DNA of 64,000 nucleotides from Lytechinus pictus (Eukaryota): NCBI RefSeq assembly GCF_037042905.1, contig NC_087252.1, positions 1,054,001 to 1,118,000 of the forward strand, read 5' to 3'. Shown piece by piece: positions 39,840 to 52,779 of this stretch (position 1 is its first letter; each line of letters starts with the position of its first letter). The notes under the pieces were generated by a model. It saw only the letters and a program-made list of their open reading frames with translations, ran no database searches and was not told where the DNA came from. The position numbers and the translations under genes were made by a program.

Positions 39840-40447
39840 AGGAATGCTCCGGGCTGAAAATAACATGATATAAACAGATAAAGAGAATTCGGGCAAGCAA
39901 AACACTTAAATTTGATCAAAATCGGACAAGGAATACCAAAGTTAAAGTTATGGCATTTTAAAGACTTGCATTATTCCGGTGAAACAGTTCTAGTCATGTC
40001 TTCATGGATATTCAGTGAGCAAATTGATGATGTCATATCCCCCCTTGTTTGTTTGTATTTTATTATATGAAATTATGTTTATTCATTTTTTTACCGAGAA
40101 CTGAACAAATTGGATTGACAACTGATTTAAACCATTAGATATTCATTGCTGCAACTAATTTCATTCAAGGAGACACATTGTTCACACATTTATGAAAAAA
40201 TGAAACAATTATGATTTCATGTATAAGAAAAAGGTAAGTGGAGCTGTGACGTCATATGCCCATCTAATGAATAATCATGATGACGTGCATATAACTATTT
40301 TAACAAACTTTGCTAAAGATTCGATTTGTTATCCGATTTTGATGAATTTTCCAGCATTTTGCTCAGTGAATTTTACTATTTTAGTAAAAAATCTAAATAA
40401 ATATAAGATTTATTTAGATACAACTATTGTTAGCCCGGAGCATCCCT
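39840..40447. mobile_element. TTAA-flanked MITE in Barx intron 3
   Basis: ttaa-aggaatgctccgggct...agcccggagcatccct-ttaa. Confidence 0.85.
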
Positions 40448-40452
40448 TTAAC

Positions 40453-40528
40453 GGCTTGAGCCAAATAGAAGCCAAAACCTGATATCAGAATAAAAGAATA
40501 AAATCGAAGACACATGTCAGTTTTGAAA
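40453..40528 (+). pseudogene. Decayed duplicate of the 3' half of Barx exon 3 (homeodomain helix 3)
   Basis: Translates GLSQIEAKT*YQNKRIKSKTH followed by gtcagttt, versus the true exon [21 protein letters not shown] followed by gtcagttt. Trp48 has become TGA. Confidence 0.8.
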
Positions 40529-40815
40529 TAAGAAGTTGTATTTGATTGGTAGTTCGAATCCCATGTTGTCTTTATTCATGTTCGATTAGCTATATTGTAT
40601 ACGTATTTTTAAACTTCACCTATCCAAAACATACATGGCATATTGTACGTAAGTGAGAATAAATTAAAAGAAAAGGGTCTTTTCGAAAATCGTATCTTGG
40701 TTTTGTACATTGGGGCGAAATCTAATTTCCCCTTCAAAAGAGAATCTTGAGGAATTGATTAAGGTGAGTTATTACTCAGTATCTTTTCTTTCTCCATATT
40801 TTCCCCCCTCTAAAG

Positions 40816-41097
40816 GTAATGCAAAGCGGTCGACAAGAGCCCCCAACCAAACCAAAAGGCCGACCAAAGAAAACTGACCTGATAGAGGAGAAAGGAACCA
40901 TTTCTCCGGTATGCTCACCAGGCATTGACCACGATGCGTTATCAGATATATCGGACGAAGAAGAGATGACAGTCTCCAGTGTGACTATGAACTCATGTGT
41001 ACGACAGCAGAACTTGACCCCAACGCATCAACCTGTGACCTCATTTGCATATGCTACGTCATCATCGTCTTTTCATTCTTCGGCTATGAGTTCATAA
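40816..41097 (+). CDS. Barx: Barx terminal exon with the Barx basic region (PTKPKGRPKK) and acidic/Ser-rich tail
   Basis: taaag acceptor in phase 0; PTKPKGRPKK is diagnostic of Barx1/2; TAA stop; AATAAA at 41891-41896. Joined CDS is 1281 nt = 426 aa. Confidence 0.95.
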   Translation, partial: VMQSGRQEPPTKPKGRPKKTDLIEEKGTISPVCSPGIDHDALSDISDEEEMTVSSVTMNSCVRQQNLTPTHQPVTSFAYATSSSSFHSSAMSS

Positions 41098-44000
41098 GTT
41101 ATAATCTCTGTATTTATAGCCATACTGACTTTCTGAAAATAGCCTCTGTATAATGCAAATAGAACTTCGCAATTGTTTCAATAAGCATGTGTTTTTTGTT
41201 GCTATTCGTAAGAACAGGACATCAAACCCCTTTTCTTCCATAGTCCCGAATTTAGCCTCCGTGGGACAATGACGTCAAATGAGGCGCTTTTGCCCATGGG
41301 CCAAGTTAGCCCATCTTCGAGAATTCGGGCCATCATGCCTAGCGACCTCAACGTCAGGACTTACCATATTTGTAGGGGATTTGACCCGTAAGCGGTTTGG
41401 GAAGGTCATCCATGTATCGTCGAGTTCAATCGTAAAATCGAGAAAATTACAGGCCTAACAACTGATCTATAACATGATTTATTTATAATGAAAAAAACTA
41501 TCAATGCTTTATCATATCATTATGTGTGTGCTATATTATACCATCGATGTGTCTTCGAATATCTCAAATTGATCTCTTCCACATCCATGGCAGGAGGCAA
41601 GTTGATTTTTATTTTTCATGCTCAAACGATCGAGCGAAACTCATCGTTTACATCGGCTTTGCCCTCAAGGATATTATATGCATCTTTGAATTTAGATGTA
41701 AAGAACTTATTTAAACTTTTGATGCATTTCTGTTATTTTATTATATTTTAAGTAAAATGCAGGTTTTGACAATTGTGAGGTTGGGGCGTCCCATCTACGT
41801 CCCCTCTCCACCACTGCGTACATGGCCATGTGTGCATTCATGTAAATTATAGTACCAAGGTGTATGCGTGTTTTCTTTGTATATATTTGTAATAAATGAC
41901 TTAATACAAAAAGTGAGATTAAAATAGTTATTATTGTGTGGTCTAAGAGTTGTAGTATTGGTTATGACTGCGAATGTGGCGGTTTACTGCAACATTCGAC
42001 ATGCTAAGCCCTCCTGAAGGGGGGAGCAGTCCGGGGTTCGCACCCCTTCCCTATGTATGCAAGCGAAGAAAAATATAAAGATAGAAAGGATGAGAGAGAG
42101 GGGGGTCGGGGGAGATTGAGAAAGATTTGAGGGATAGGATAATCTGAAGTTAAAGTGCAGGTTGAAAATATAGGATCTGGAGACCAACTTACATTTCATT
42201 AATATTTTTAATTTATTATAAAAAAAAATTATAACAACGGATTTCTTTCTTTTTTCCCTGTTAATGAATGCAATATGCCCTAAAATATATAGCTACAATT
42301 GTCTTGCTCTTCTGTCATGAATGAAGATTGACTGATATTAAATAACATTTATAAAAAGAAACACACTCACATAGATACAAATAACGCTATGAGTAATATT
42401 AATATTTGACCCCTGACCCCACCTTTGACCCTGACATTCGAACGTTAGCCAATCTAGCTTCGCAGGAAATTTTCATAATCATGATAATTTTCTTTCCCAA
42501 ATGCTCCAGGACTGCAGCACTGCAAGACATCCTACCATTATCACGCCACAGTCTGGGCGATCGGCATGCGACAGGGGCGGACCCATGATTTCAAATTTGT
42601 GGGGGTGTGTGTCACGAGTACAGAATATTAATCAATAATTTAAGAAAAAAATGTATTGAAATATCATCGAGACCCATTTTCTTGACCAAAAATTCAAGCA
42701 AAAAATAATCATGATTACATAATGTAAGTAACTGATTTTTGTTTGTTTTATGCATTCGCTCCTAAATAGCAGGAAATTATCATCCTCGACACATTTCTTA
42801 TAAAAAAAAAATAAAAGTGGCATATGTCCTTTCTCACCTCTTGAAGGTAGTCAAAATAAGGAAATGCTCATTGCAGAATGCGATTTTAAAAAAAAGACAG
42901 AAAGGGGCATTAATTGCCCCCATGTGCCCCCTCCAGGTTCGCGCCGGCATAGTGAGGATAACTATTGGAGTCCCGCTAACAACACTTTCTTCCTGAAAAC
43001 AAGACGAAGGAGGAAGAACAAATTTGAATCACAAATTGAACAAAGTTAAACAACGCGAGGCTACATCATCCCTTCTCGGCAGCAAGGCGGGCAAGTGGTA
43101 GACCCCCTGGGTGGGTGAAAATTTGAAGACTTCCATTCGCCGTCAGGAGACCCCCTAAGTAAACGGTTGAAGAGAAAGACGATATGGAGAGTCGAAAGGG
43201 TGTATTTCCAAGTTTGCTATTTTCGGTGTTTTTGGTGAGTTTATTTGAAATTAGTATTGTTTAAGGTAGGCCTAAAGATCACACTGGCGGTTACTCCCCT
43301 CTTGTGCAAAGATGGTTTAAATACTATTCATCCGTGAGTCCGTATAGATAAACTATTCCGTTAAGTGTAAGACAAAAAGTTCAGGAAAATTGTCGTTCGA
43401 ACGATTTTCAATTATAATCGCATAATAACATTGTTTGTGGGAAATTGGAACGAATAATGACAAAATGTAATCAATAAAAATGGATACGGAAGAAATATAT
43501 GAATAAAAAAATAACATTGAATTTCATGATAAATGCATAGGGCCTACATTGATTAACTATTCGATCAAACTTATCAAATCCAAAAATCTGAAAGAACCAG
43601 AAGTTACTTCGTAACATCCTTCTCAAAATGTAACGAAGTACAGAATACCACCTTTTGCAACTAACCCATGCCCCTGAATAAATCTACTTTTTGATAATAA
43701 GTCTCGCATACACAAAAGAAATGTTAAAATGTCAAAACAGTTTGTTTGGACAATAAAAGTGGGGGATAATATGACAAGAAAATTGGAATTTAATTCAGAG
43801 CCGCCGGCAACAGCTGCACACATCAGAACTCATAGAGCACGAAGAGACGCAGCAATCATCAATTTATAACTCACCCGGCCACGGCGGGGTAGAACAACCA
43901 TTATTTGTCGCTTATCACATTTATTCGTAACATGCACCCCAAACAAACCGGATATATGGGGCTGTTAAGAAAAAAGGACCCTTCTTACCCTCAAATCGTC

Positions 44001-45259
44001 ATCTGAGCGGGTGGTGCCACAACTCTGATAACATACATGTTTAGTGTTATATGTTCAGGCTACATTGGGGCTACATTAGACTCTAAACCGACCGATGGTC
44101 TCTCATGCTAATAGCTTTTGTCGGCCTGGAGTCGGCTTTACTGGCGCTACCCGGGGCGTTACCGTAGCATTACCATAACTAACATGACTGTGTATTTGTT
44201 CTTTTATTTTATTCCCTTTACAATTTACAAGATAATTATTAAATCATGAAATATAATAACATCTTTGTACTGGTTGAACCGTAAACAGAAATGATAAACA
44301 GATTTTTCACAGATCCCAACTTCTCTCTGTCTTTATCTCGTTCTCTCCCACATATAGACTATCATACACACACCCACCCTCAACCCACCCATACACCCAC
44401 ACACAACTAAAACCAAATCACAACACGCGCGGGCACTCAAAATACAGATGGATAATGACGAAGACTGAAGTGTGCAACAGAAAATTTGGAGGCAACTAAT
44501 TCATGTAATTCTTACCGATTTTTATTTTGCATTTGGATCAAAAGTTCAAATTTGTGGATCATTTTAGAAAGGTTACCTTTTTGAATAGGTTAATCTTACA
44601 TTAATGATAAACAGATAGAGATCATTAACAGATCCCAAATTTCTCTCTTGCTCACTCTGTGTGTGTCTATGTCACTCTCTCGCTCACACAGACTCTCACA
44701 CTCATCCGCAAACCTCGCTCTCATACGCGCACTCATTAAATCAAACAAACATGTACGCACCCATATACACACCCACCCTAGTGCACACGCACACAACTAG
44801 AACCAAAGCACCATGAGCGCGCACACACTCAGAATACACACACAGCCAAGGATGAAAATACATAAAGCATGTACCAGCGGTAATTGGGGATTCTTGTTAC
44901 CATGAAGCTATGTCCTCCCAGTGGGTAGAGCAGATCAGAACAATCAATCACATAATCAATCAATTAATCAATCCATCCATCAGTTTATCAACCAACCAAT
45001 CGATCAATCAATTATTTAATTAATCTATCAATCAATCTACCAATCAATCAACCAATCAATCTATTTTTCCCCTTTTTTCTCCTTTTTAAAATAATTTTGA
45101 ATTATCAGTGCATCACAACCTAAAACCAATTACAGTTTTTGAAAAAAGCAACCAATATTAGGGCCTATCATGACAATCATGACAATATTCCACAACATAC
45201 ATTATACACATACATTGCACGTTGGCAAAGTAAAATAATGCATTAACAAAATAAGGGAT

Positions 45260-46823
45260 TTATTGATTTTTTTATTCGTCTTCAACATAAAGAAATAAAC
45301 ATCTTAACTAATACCCCATATTGAGTGACTAATAAACACATTGATTAAATTGGATGATTGAACTTGCAATGTAAACATCAATGAAACCATTTCTTCAGAT
45401 ATGTTACCATGGTTACTAATAACTCTTACCTCTTTAATTCATTTTCTCTCGACGTGTTTAAGGCAAAACTTGGAAGCCAAGAGAATGACATTGTCTGTAA
45501 CAATAATACCAATCGTTACATAAATAGTTAAATAAATAAATAGCCTATTCTGTATGTTTCCTTACCAATTTGAATTACAGTCGGCAGCACAGTGCTATTT
45601 ATCAGTCCATTTTGTAGGACTGCCTAATGCAATATGTGTAATGAGCGTTTAATATGAATTTGATAAATTGTGTTATTCAAATATCATTCAAAATCATTAG
45701 AATAACCAAGATCACTAAGCATTTCATCGTAATCTAATTGTTTGTGTCAGCTTCTGATTTTGACGGAAGGATTTCACTAAAAATATCATGAATATGTTTA
45801 TTCTACATGACCAGCACTCTGTCGCTGTGTAGGATTTTAAGTTTTATCAGTTGTATGGGCCTAAAACCTCACTCTGCTAACCAGAAATAGTAGGCCTACA
45901 CTTAAAAAAACTATGCAAGCGATATGGAGCATTAGCCCTTTACATAATGGGAAATAAACACAAACATGCATCTAGCTCTGCGTGAAGTCTTATATTCTTT
46001 GGAAGATCGTTGTTGTTGAAGTTGTGTCAGTCAAGAACATTTATGTACAATCACAAAAATCAGACCCACACCTAGGACCCCGTTTTACAAATAGTTGCAA
46101 TTGATCCGATCAGCATCACTCCAAAATGAAAGTTTGTTCAAAATATTTACGAGATGTGATGTATGTTCTCATACATTCATCATTCTCGTGAAAATTCAGT
46201 GTGATTCTCTTTGTTTACAATGAAGAAAAATTATGGCATGGATGTATTTCCATGTAGTCAAGATTGATTTGATCAATCGTAACTATTTGTGAGACGGGGC
46301 CCAGATCGATCAACAAAGTAATACGATGTTTTCAATAAGATATAATTGGTCAAGTTGGAGTTGGTTTCATTCGTGTGCCTGCGACATTGGCAAGTTTTCG
46401 CAACATTACGCAGACGCTTTCTGCAACGTTTAGAATCTATTGATTGCCTGTCAAATCACAATGAACCGTTCAGAGGTCTTTGTCGAAGATTGGTGAACCT
46501 GGACAGCTGATCGAAACATTCTGAGCTGACCAAAAATGGCAAATATATCATTTGTCCAGTTTCCAAGATGAGACTGCTGTTTTAATTTTCGACAAAGACT
46601 GCTTTGTCATGAAGAGCTTTTGTTGTAGAATCAGTCCCCGTCGCGATTGAGAAAACTTGGTATTGATACAGTACACTATAATGTGTATGTTGCCGGACAT
46701 TGGAATAAATGTGAGCATGACAAGATGAAAATAAACTGAAGGTCGGTGAATGGTGTCCAAAGCAAAAAATAGGCATCGGGAAATTAATAAATCACCATTC
46801 CAGTCAGGATCTGCTGATACGAT
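45260..46823 (-). other. Prepropeptide gene A, non-coding terminal (3'UTR) exon; 3' end approximate
   Basis: Pyrimidine-rich acceptor ...ttttgacccaatttag at 46824-46825; shares sequence blocks with the gene B 3'UTR; AATAAA on the minus strand at 45260-45265 and 45271-45276. Confidence 0.5.
46073..46303. mobile_element. MITE
   Basis: ggaccccgttttacaaatagttgcaattgatc...gatcaatcgtaactatttgtgagacggggccc. Confidence 0.7.
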
Positions 46824-46904
46824 CTAAATTGGGTCAAAAGAGAAACATAGAAATAGTTAATCTGATTAATAATTATATGAATCATGGGCACTTACTCCTA
46901 CATC

Positions 46905-47258
46905 ATAATGATAGTAATAGTTACGTTTCTATAGCACTACATACTTTGGTTTCTAAGCGCTTTACATTGTCATTATTCTTTTTATCCCGGTCATAACATC
47001 CACTACTGCTCCGCACATAAAGCTCACCATCTCCACTCCCTGGGGAGTATCCTGACCAGGCAACCATTTATCGGTGCACATGTGTCAATCTAATCACATG
47101 CGTGTACATCCTACCGGGTAGCCATTTAACACATGGGTGGAGAGTGACAAACGTGGATAAGTGCATTGTCAAAGGACATTAGTGCCGGGTGGGATTCGAA
47201 CCCTCGACTCTTGGTTTAAGTGTAAAATGACAAAACCGCTACATCACGAAACCTCCAC
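46905..47258 (-). mobile_element. tRNA-derived SINE in the last intron of gene A
   Basis: gggattcgaaccc B box on the reverse strand; cctaccgggta.ccattt core. Confidence 0.7.
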
Positions 47259-47460
47259 TAAAAATAAGGACCATTTCTCTCCCCCCCCCCCTTGCACCAC
47301 TCTCTAAAGATCTGATTAAAATGATTTTGAAGAAAAAATAAGTTTCAAAAACATAGGTGACAATATGTAATTATGTATTGTCACCTATATTCAGTATGAC
47401 TATGTACATGGTATAAGATGAAAGTATAACTCACCATATGCAGTTGCGTGTTTTATGATA

Positions 47461-47500
47461 TTACTTCTTTCCACCGTATCTCCATCCGTAAGGAAAAACG
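47461..47500 (-). CDS. Prepropeptide gene A, last coding exon: (F)VFPYGWRYG-GKK-stop (amidation signal)
   Basis: Acceptor ttttacttctcag at 47501-47502; phase 2 completes TTC; ends G-K-K-TAA. The exon continues to donor gtgagt at 47434. Confidence 0.85.
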
Positions 47501-48282
47501 CTGAGAAGTAAAACAAATATTCAGATCTCAACATTTCATAATTGAAAGTTTCATAATACGCAGTGCAAATCTATGTGTTTTTTTTTACATTGTAAAAGCA
47601 CGATGAAACCATTTATCTTGGCATTAAAATATTAATTTTGACGGGCATAACGCCCCGAAACCTTTGGACATTTTTGTCACTCCCCCCTCCCCCATCCGAA
47701 AAAAAAAAAGTATCGACGCCCATATAGAGTGAATATTCAATATAACCACACATGGTTACATCATTAGACTTGAAATAGTATGAGATGAACAGAAAAAAAT
47801 AATATTTACCGTGGAAAACACATTTTAATCAAAATTTGATGAAAGTATAAACTTTCTTTTGCATTTTTATTTTTTCCATGATGAATATAGAATCACTTTC
47901 TTGTTCTTCTTCCTCACATGTTTTAATAAACATACATTGAATATTTCCAAATGCAATCTAATTAAACACAGTTATTTCTCTGCATGCCAACATGATTATG
48001 AAGAGTTTATGAGGTGACCAAAACATAATTATCGTTCGCATTGTTTCATTCGGCGAGATATTATCTTCATGGGTCACTGCAAACGGTCCTAAACAGGTCC
48101 TTTTCAATGTCTGTTTATTAAAAAGTTTAGCTCGTACTTTGCGCTCGATTCTTCGAGACAGGCAATGATCTATTGATGAACACCATAAATGAAATGAAAT
48201 TATAGGCCCTATGAAATTAAATAATGAAATAATGGAATACAGAAATCGAAATAAAAAAAATAAAAACCGACTTCTGACTTAC

Positions 48283-48464
48283 AATGGGCGTCCTTCCTTA
48301 CTCTTCCCTCTCTTTGACATATCCTCCATTCCGATGATGAGGTCGGGATCTCGCTTATACCCGTCATCATTCACCACCTCGACGTCGAATTCATCAGCAG
48401 CTGATGCCACCAGAATGAGAGCGATGGAAGCGAAGGCGAGGACGAGTAAGAGCTTGGATGCCAT
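48283..48464 (-). CDS. Secreted prepropeptide gene A, first coding exon (signal peptide, acidic pro-region, two KR sites)
   Basis: MASKLLLVLAFASIALILVASA-ADEFDVEVVNDDGY-KR-DPDLIIGMEDMS-KR-GKSKEGRP; acceptor at 48492-48493; phase-2 donor TT|gtaagt at 48282. Confidence 0.88.
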
Positions 48465-49324
48465 GATTCAGAGAATGATCAGGAGTTTTAACTAAAAAAG
48501 ATATGTAATAAATATAACAAATGACCATAGATGACAACAATGAAGTGCACTAAAATCACTTCATAAAATTACACCCTTCAAAAAGAATTTCGAGATAATA
48601 AGTAATGTGCATTTCGACATATGTGTCCGTTCAAATACTCATGACTAAACTTATTTTTTGGGAAATTTTCAAATAAATAATTTGGCTATCTTCATTCATT
48701 TGATTATATTTGGGGAAGGAGGGGGGGTTGGAACTATATCTCACAAAACACCTGTAATCAAACACACGCTAAAAACTGAAATGTTGGAGGAACTTTGGTG
48801 ACCGAACTTTTTCCAAATGTCATATCGAAAGCAAAAGTTACGATATGATATGTACGAAAGTAGCTCGCATATGACGTCACAAATAAAATTATCAAAATTC
48901 TAATAATTTTTGTATTTTTTGATTGATTTTCCTCAAACCTTCGCCCATGAATAATTTTTTGCTATTTTTACAATATTTTTTGTGAAATTCCCATTTAACA
49001 GCCTTGCGCAAAATTGATACCCGATCAATCCAATTTGCCCGGCAGTATGTATACAAGACCTTTGCGAACAATTGTGCCGACTCTTCCTTTCGATAATCAC
49101 CAAAAACTGTAACAAGGCAAAGGCATTAAAAGCCCCATCTCTTTTGTACTTTCAAGGCTACATAATTCAATTTTAATAATTCATCGTCAGAGCTTTGGAC
49201 TTGATGGGAAAGCGCAGTATAAGATATAATAATACTATTATTAGTAACAGAATGATAACAGAAAAACTTTCTTAAACCATTAAAACACATGCATTAGATG
49301 TAAACGAAAAAAATAAGTACTTAC

Positions 49325-49410
49325 TCTCACTTGAAGATGGCGATGTATTATCCAAGGTAGCGCAGGATTATGTCTGTGTGGTGCCACCGTGTCTCCTAAC
49401 ACTTTTATAG
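49325..49410 (-). promoter_or_regulatory. Gene A TATA box (CTATAAAAG, 49402-49410) and short non-coding first exon
   Basis: Minus-strand TATA about 80 bp upstream of a gtaagt donor at 49319-49324; CRE-like TGACGTAG at 49461. Confidence 0.6.
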
Positions 49411-49891
49411 CCTTCAAGACTGTATCAACTGTCAGTTAAACCGTCTTGCTTCGCCATGCCTGACGTAGCATCCTACCTCTGGGAGGATTCGATCACAACA
49501 TTAACCTAGTACTAATCAAAACAAAAGGATTTTGGAAGACACCTTTTCAAGGCTTTTAATGACAGAGCCTACCAATCTCATTTTGATCGATTACGTAATA
49601 TCCTATAGCATTACCGATTCGGGTCAGTCACGGTAAATTTATAACGGTGAAATTCAAAGGTGGAAAAATCTACTAATATCACTCGATATTGTCAAGGGGG
49701 TTATAAACATCGCACGCCACTTCACAATTGACCCCCTAGCTGTCCGATATGTCTAAAATATGGCCAGAATCAGGTGTGATGTTTTGATTAAAAGTCACTC
49801 GTTGGATTAATGCTACTGACCTTTTGGAAAAAAAATAAATCAATACCCTATATATGTGTTGGACGATGTCAATGTCTTACTGTTTTACTAT

Positions 49892-50049
49892 NNNNNNNNN
49901 NNNNNNNNNNNNNNNNNNNNNNNNNNNNNNNNNNNNNNNNNNNNNNNNNNNNNNNNNNNNNNNNNNNNNNNNNNNNNNNNNNNNNNNNNNNNNNNNNNNN
50001 NNNNNNNNNNNNNNNNNNNNNNNNNNNNNNNNNNNNNNNNNNNNNNNNN
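49892..50049. other. Assembly gap
   Basis: Run of N. Confidence 1.
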
Positions 50050-50311
50050 TAGAAAATCAGTTAAATGACACATCACTATCACTATGACCAGGCCTAACAC
50101 GTAGAAGGTGGATGCAGCTATACCCCCCCCCCCCCCACCTCCTCATACCATGGACACCATTGAGCCTGACTAAGAAATTAAGATGGCAAAGGGGAAAATA
50201 ATTCCAAGCAATTTGATACGAGAAATGTTGCACCTTCAGCCACAGATATGTTTGCAATTGATAAACGAAAGCAACAGAGCTAATCTGGTCCCTTCACCCC
50301 CCCCCCCCCCA

Positions 50312-50581
50312 TGTGGAGCGTTGTGGCCCAGTGGATTAGTCTTCGGACTTTGAAACAGAGGGTCGTGGGTTCGAATCCCAGCCATGGCGTAATTTCCTTC
50401 AGCAAGAAACTGATACACAATGTGCTGCACTCAACCCAGGTGAGGTAAATGGGTACCGGTAGGAAGTAATTCCTTAAAAAGCTGTGTGCACTATGAACGC
50501 CTAGCTTAGCCGGGTATTATATAGGAGCGCCTTGAGCACCTAACAAGGTGGATATGTGCGCAATATAAATACCCTATATTA
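50312..50581 (+). mobile_element. tRNA-derived SINE, near full length
   Basis: A box TGGCCCAGTGG (50324-50334), B box GGTTCGAATCCC (50368-50379), conserved core. Confidence 0.87.
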
Positions 50582-50915
50582 TGAACAGGTTGAATCGTAC
50601 ACAAATGATACACATTTTTCACAGATACCAACTCTATCTCTCTCTTTTTGTCTCTATATTTTTCTTTCTCTATCCCCCCCCCCCCCTGTCTGCCTCTCTC
50701 TATCTCGCTCTCACACACACATATAATCTCCCTCACACACAAACACACACTGACAATCTAACTCTCCTTATACACGGACACAATCGTCACTAAATCATCA
50801 CAAACATGCGCCTCAACACACAAACACACACTCACACCCACACACACAACTAGAACCATATCACACACCACACGCTCAAAATAGACACACAGGTACATCC
50901 ACTCCGTCCACAAAT

Positions 50916-51356
50916 CCGGGGGGGGGGGGCAGTCAAATATATTGCTGTACACACGTGTGACCAAGGAATTTCCAAACACCCCTAAACGAGTTTTTCACTG
51001 TGTGCAAAATAACCCCCTAAACAAGTTTTTCGCGGGCTTTATTTACACATTTTGGTCCCTAAACAAGTTGCTGCCAAAATATGACCTCGGGGAAAAAGCT
51101 TGGGGAAAAAACGTACCATAAACACGTTTGGCTAGTCTTTAAAACAAAAGCTTTGTGGGAAAAACATACCCTAAATACGTTTGATCCCACGATTAGTCTT
51201 TCAAAACCACCCTTTTTCTTGAAAATCGGTGTTTTTTTATACCCTTAACGAGTCCCCGCGCGGACCGCGTCCAAAACTGAAAAACAACCCTTTAAACGCA
51301 TTTGTTTGGTCACGCGTGCGTACAGCAATATATTTGACTGCCCCCCCCCCCTCCGG
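50916..51356. mobile_element. MITE with about 45-bp TIRs
   Basis: ccgg(g)n-cagtcaaatatattgctgtac.cacg.gtgaccaa...ttggtcacgcgtgcgtacagcaatatatttgactg(c)n. Confidence 0.85.
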
Positions 51357-51866
51357 GCACAAATTCCACATGTACTTCTCTCCTCGTCAGCCCACCCCCC
51401 CCCCCCCCCCCCCCGCGAAATGAAATATTCCAATTGCCCTCTATATTCAATCAAATTTGTTGAACAAATGATATGATAAGTACAGGCAATTAGTTTTAAG
51501 GCAGGAACCTGTCGCGGACGAGACTATGATGGCGGGCTTCCCGTGGCGAAGGGCATTCGTAGAATTCCGCTCAACAGTCCCAAAATGAAATTAGAATCAA
51601 TCACAGCAGTTACTGAAAGTGGGTCATAGATGATTTAATTCTGAATTTTAAGGCAATTATGAATATTTAGTTGTTGTTTTATTTTAATGAATATGGATAT
51701 CTTTAGTGATAAACCGGAAAAATATGAAATATTTAGATGGGACCTTGATCATTTGACATTCCCCCCCCCCCCCAACAGAAAAAAAGATAAATAAACTAAT
51801 AAAACGATGAAAAATGGTCCTGAGTGCCGTAAGTTGCATAAAGATATAATCATAGTGGCATTCGAT

Positions 51867-52017
51867 CAGGGGCCCGTTGCAGAAAGAGTTGTGATCAAAC
51901 GCAACTCAAAAAATCTTGCGCAACTTGATTTTCAGCCAATGAAGCACCCGTATTCGGGACTTGCGCTTGATGTTTTGACTTGCGTTTAAAAGCAACTCTT
52001 TCTGCAACAGGCCCCTG
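51867..52017. mobile_element. Short MITE
   Basis: caggggcccgttgcagaaagagttg...caactcttttctgcaacaggcccctg. Confidence 0.8.
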
Positions 52018-52178
52018 ATCAGTAATATGTCATATTCAAGATATTCTTTTTTTAGCACAGAGTAAGGGAAAAAGTGTGGGGCGCCATTTTTCATTTGTCA
52101 GTTTATGCATGTTCAGCGTCAATATTTCAGCTTGTTCAATATCCTGACCATCATTATTCCCACTGCCTTCGACCTTCA

Positions 52179-52779
52179 NNNNNNNNNNNNNNNNNNNNNN
52201 NNNNNNNNNNNNNNNNNNNNNNNNNNNNNNNNNNNNNNNNNNNNNNNNNNNNNNNNNNNNNNNNNNNNNNNNNNNNNNNNNNNNNNNNNNNNNNNNNNNN
52301 NNNNNNNNNNNNNNNNNNNNNNNNNNNNNNNNNNNNNNNNNNNNNNNNNNNNNNNNNNNNNNNNNNNNNNNNNNNNNNNNNNNNNNNNNNNNNNNNNNNN
52401 NNNNNNNNNNNNNNNNNNNNNNNNNNNNNNNNNNNNNNNNNNNNNNNNNNNNNNNNNNNNNNNNNNNNNNNNNNNNNNNNNNNNNNNNNNNNNNNNNNNN
52501 NNNNNNNNNNNNNNNNNNNNNNNNNNNNNNNNNNNNNNNNNNNNNNNNNNNNNNNNNNNNNNNNNNNNNNNNNNNNNNNNNNNNNNNNNNNNNNNNNNNN
52601 NNNNNNNNNNNNNNNNNNNNNNNNNNNNNNNNNNNNNNNNNNNNNNNNNNNNNNNNNNNNNNNNNNNNNNNNNNNNNNNNNNNNNNNNNNNNNNNNNNNN
52701 NNNNNNNNNNNNNNNNNNNNNNNNNNNNNNNNNNNNNNNNNNNNNNNNNNNNNNNNNNNNNNNNNNNNNNNNNNNNNNN
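52179..52779. other. Assembly gap
   Basis: Run of N. Confidence 1.

Noticed and set aside
47461-48464. Assigning gene A to GnRH, corazonin or luqin/RYamide
   Set aside because: Those peptides directly follow the signal peptide (and luqin precursors have a C-terminal Cys pair). Here the peptide is C-terminal and no Cys is present; the similarity is limited to a few residues.
48211-48495. Plus-strand 94-aa ORF (likewise 57774-57959)
   Set aside because: Antisense shadows of the minus-strand signal-peptide exons.
50312-50390. tRNA-like sequences here and at 33629, 34300 and 61488
   Set aside because: A and B boxes are present but there is no complete cloverleaf, and full-length copies continue into a SINE body; these are SINE heads, not tRNA genes.
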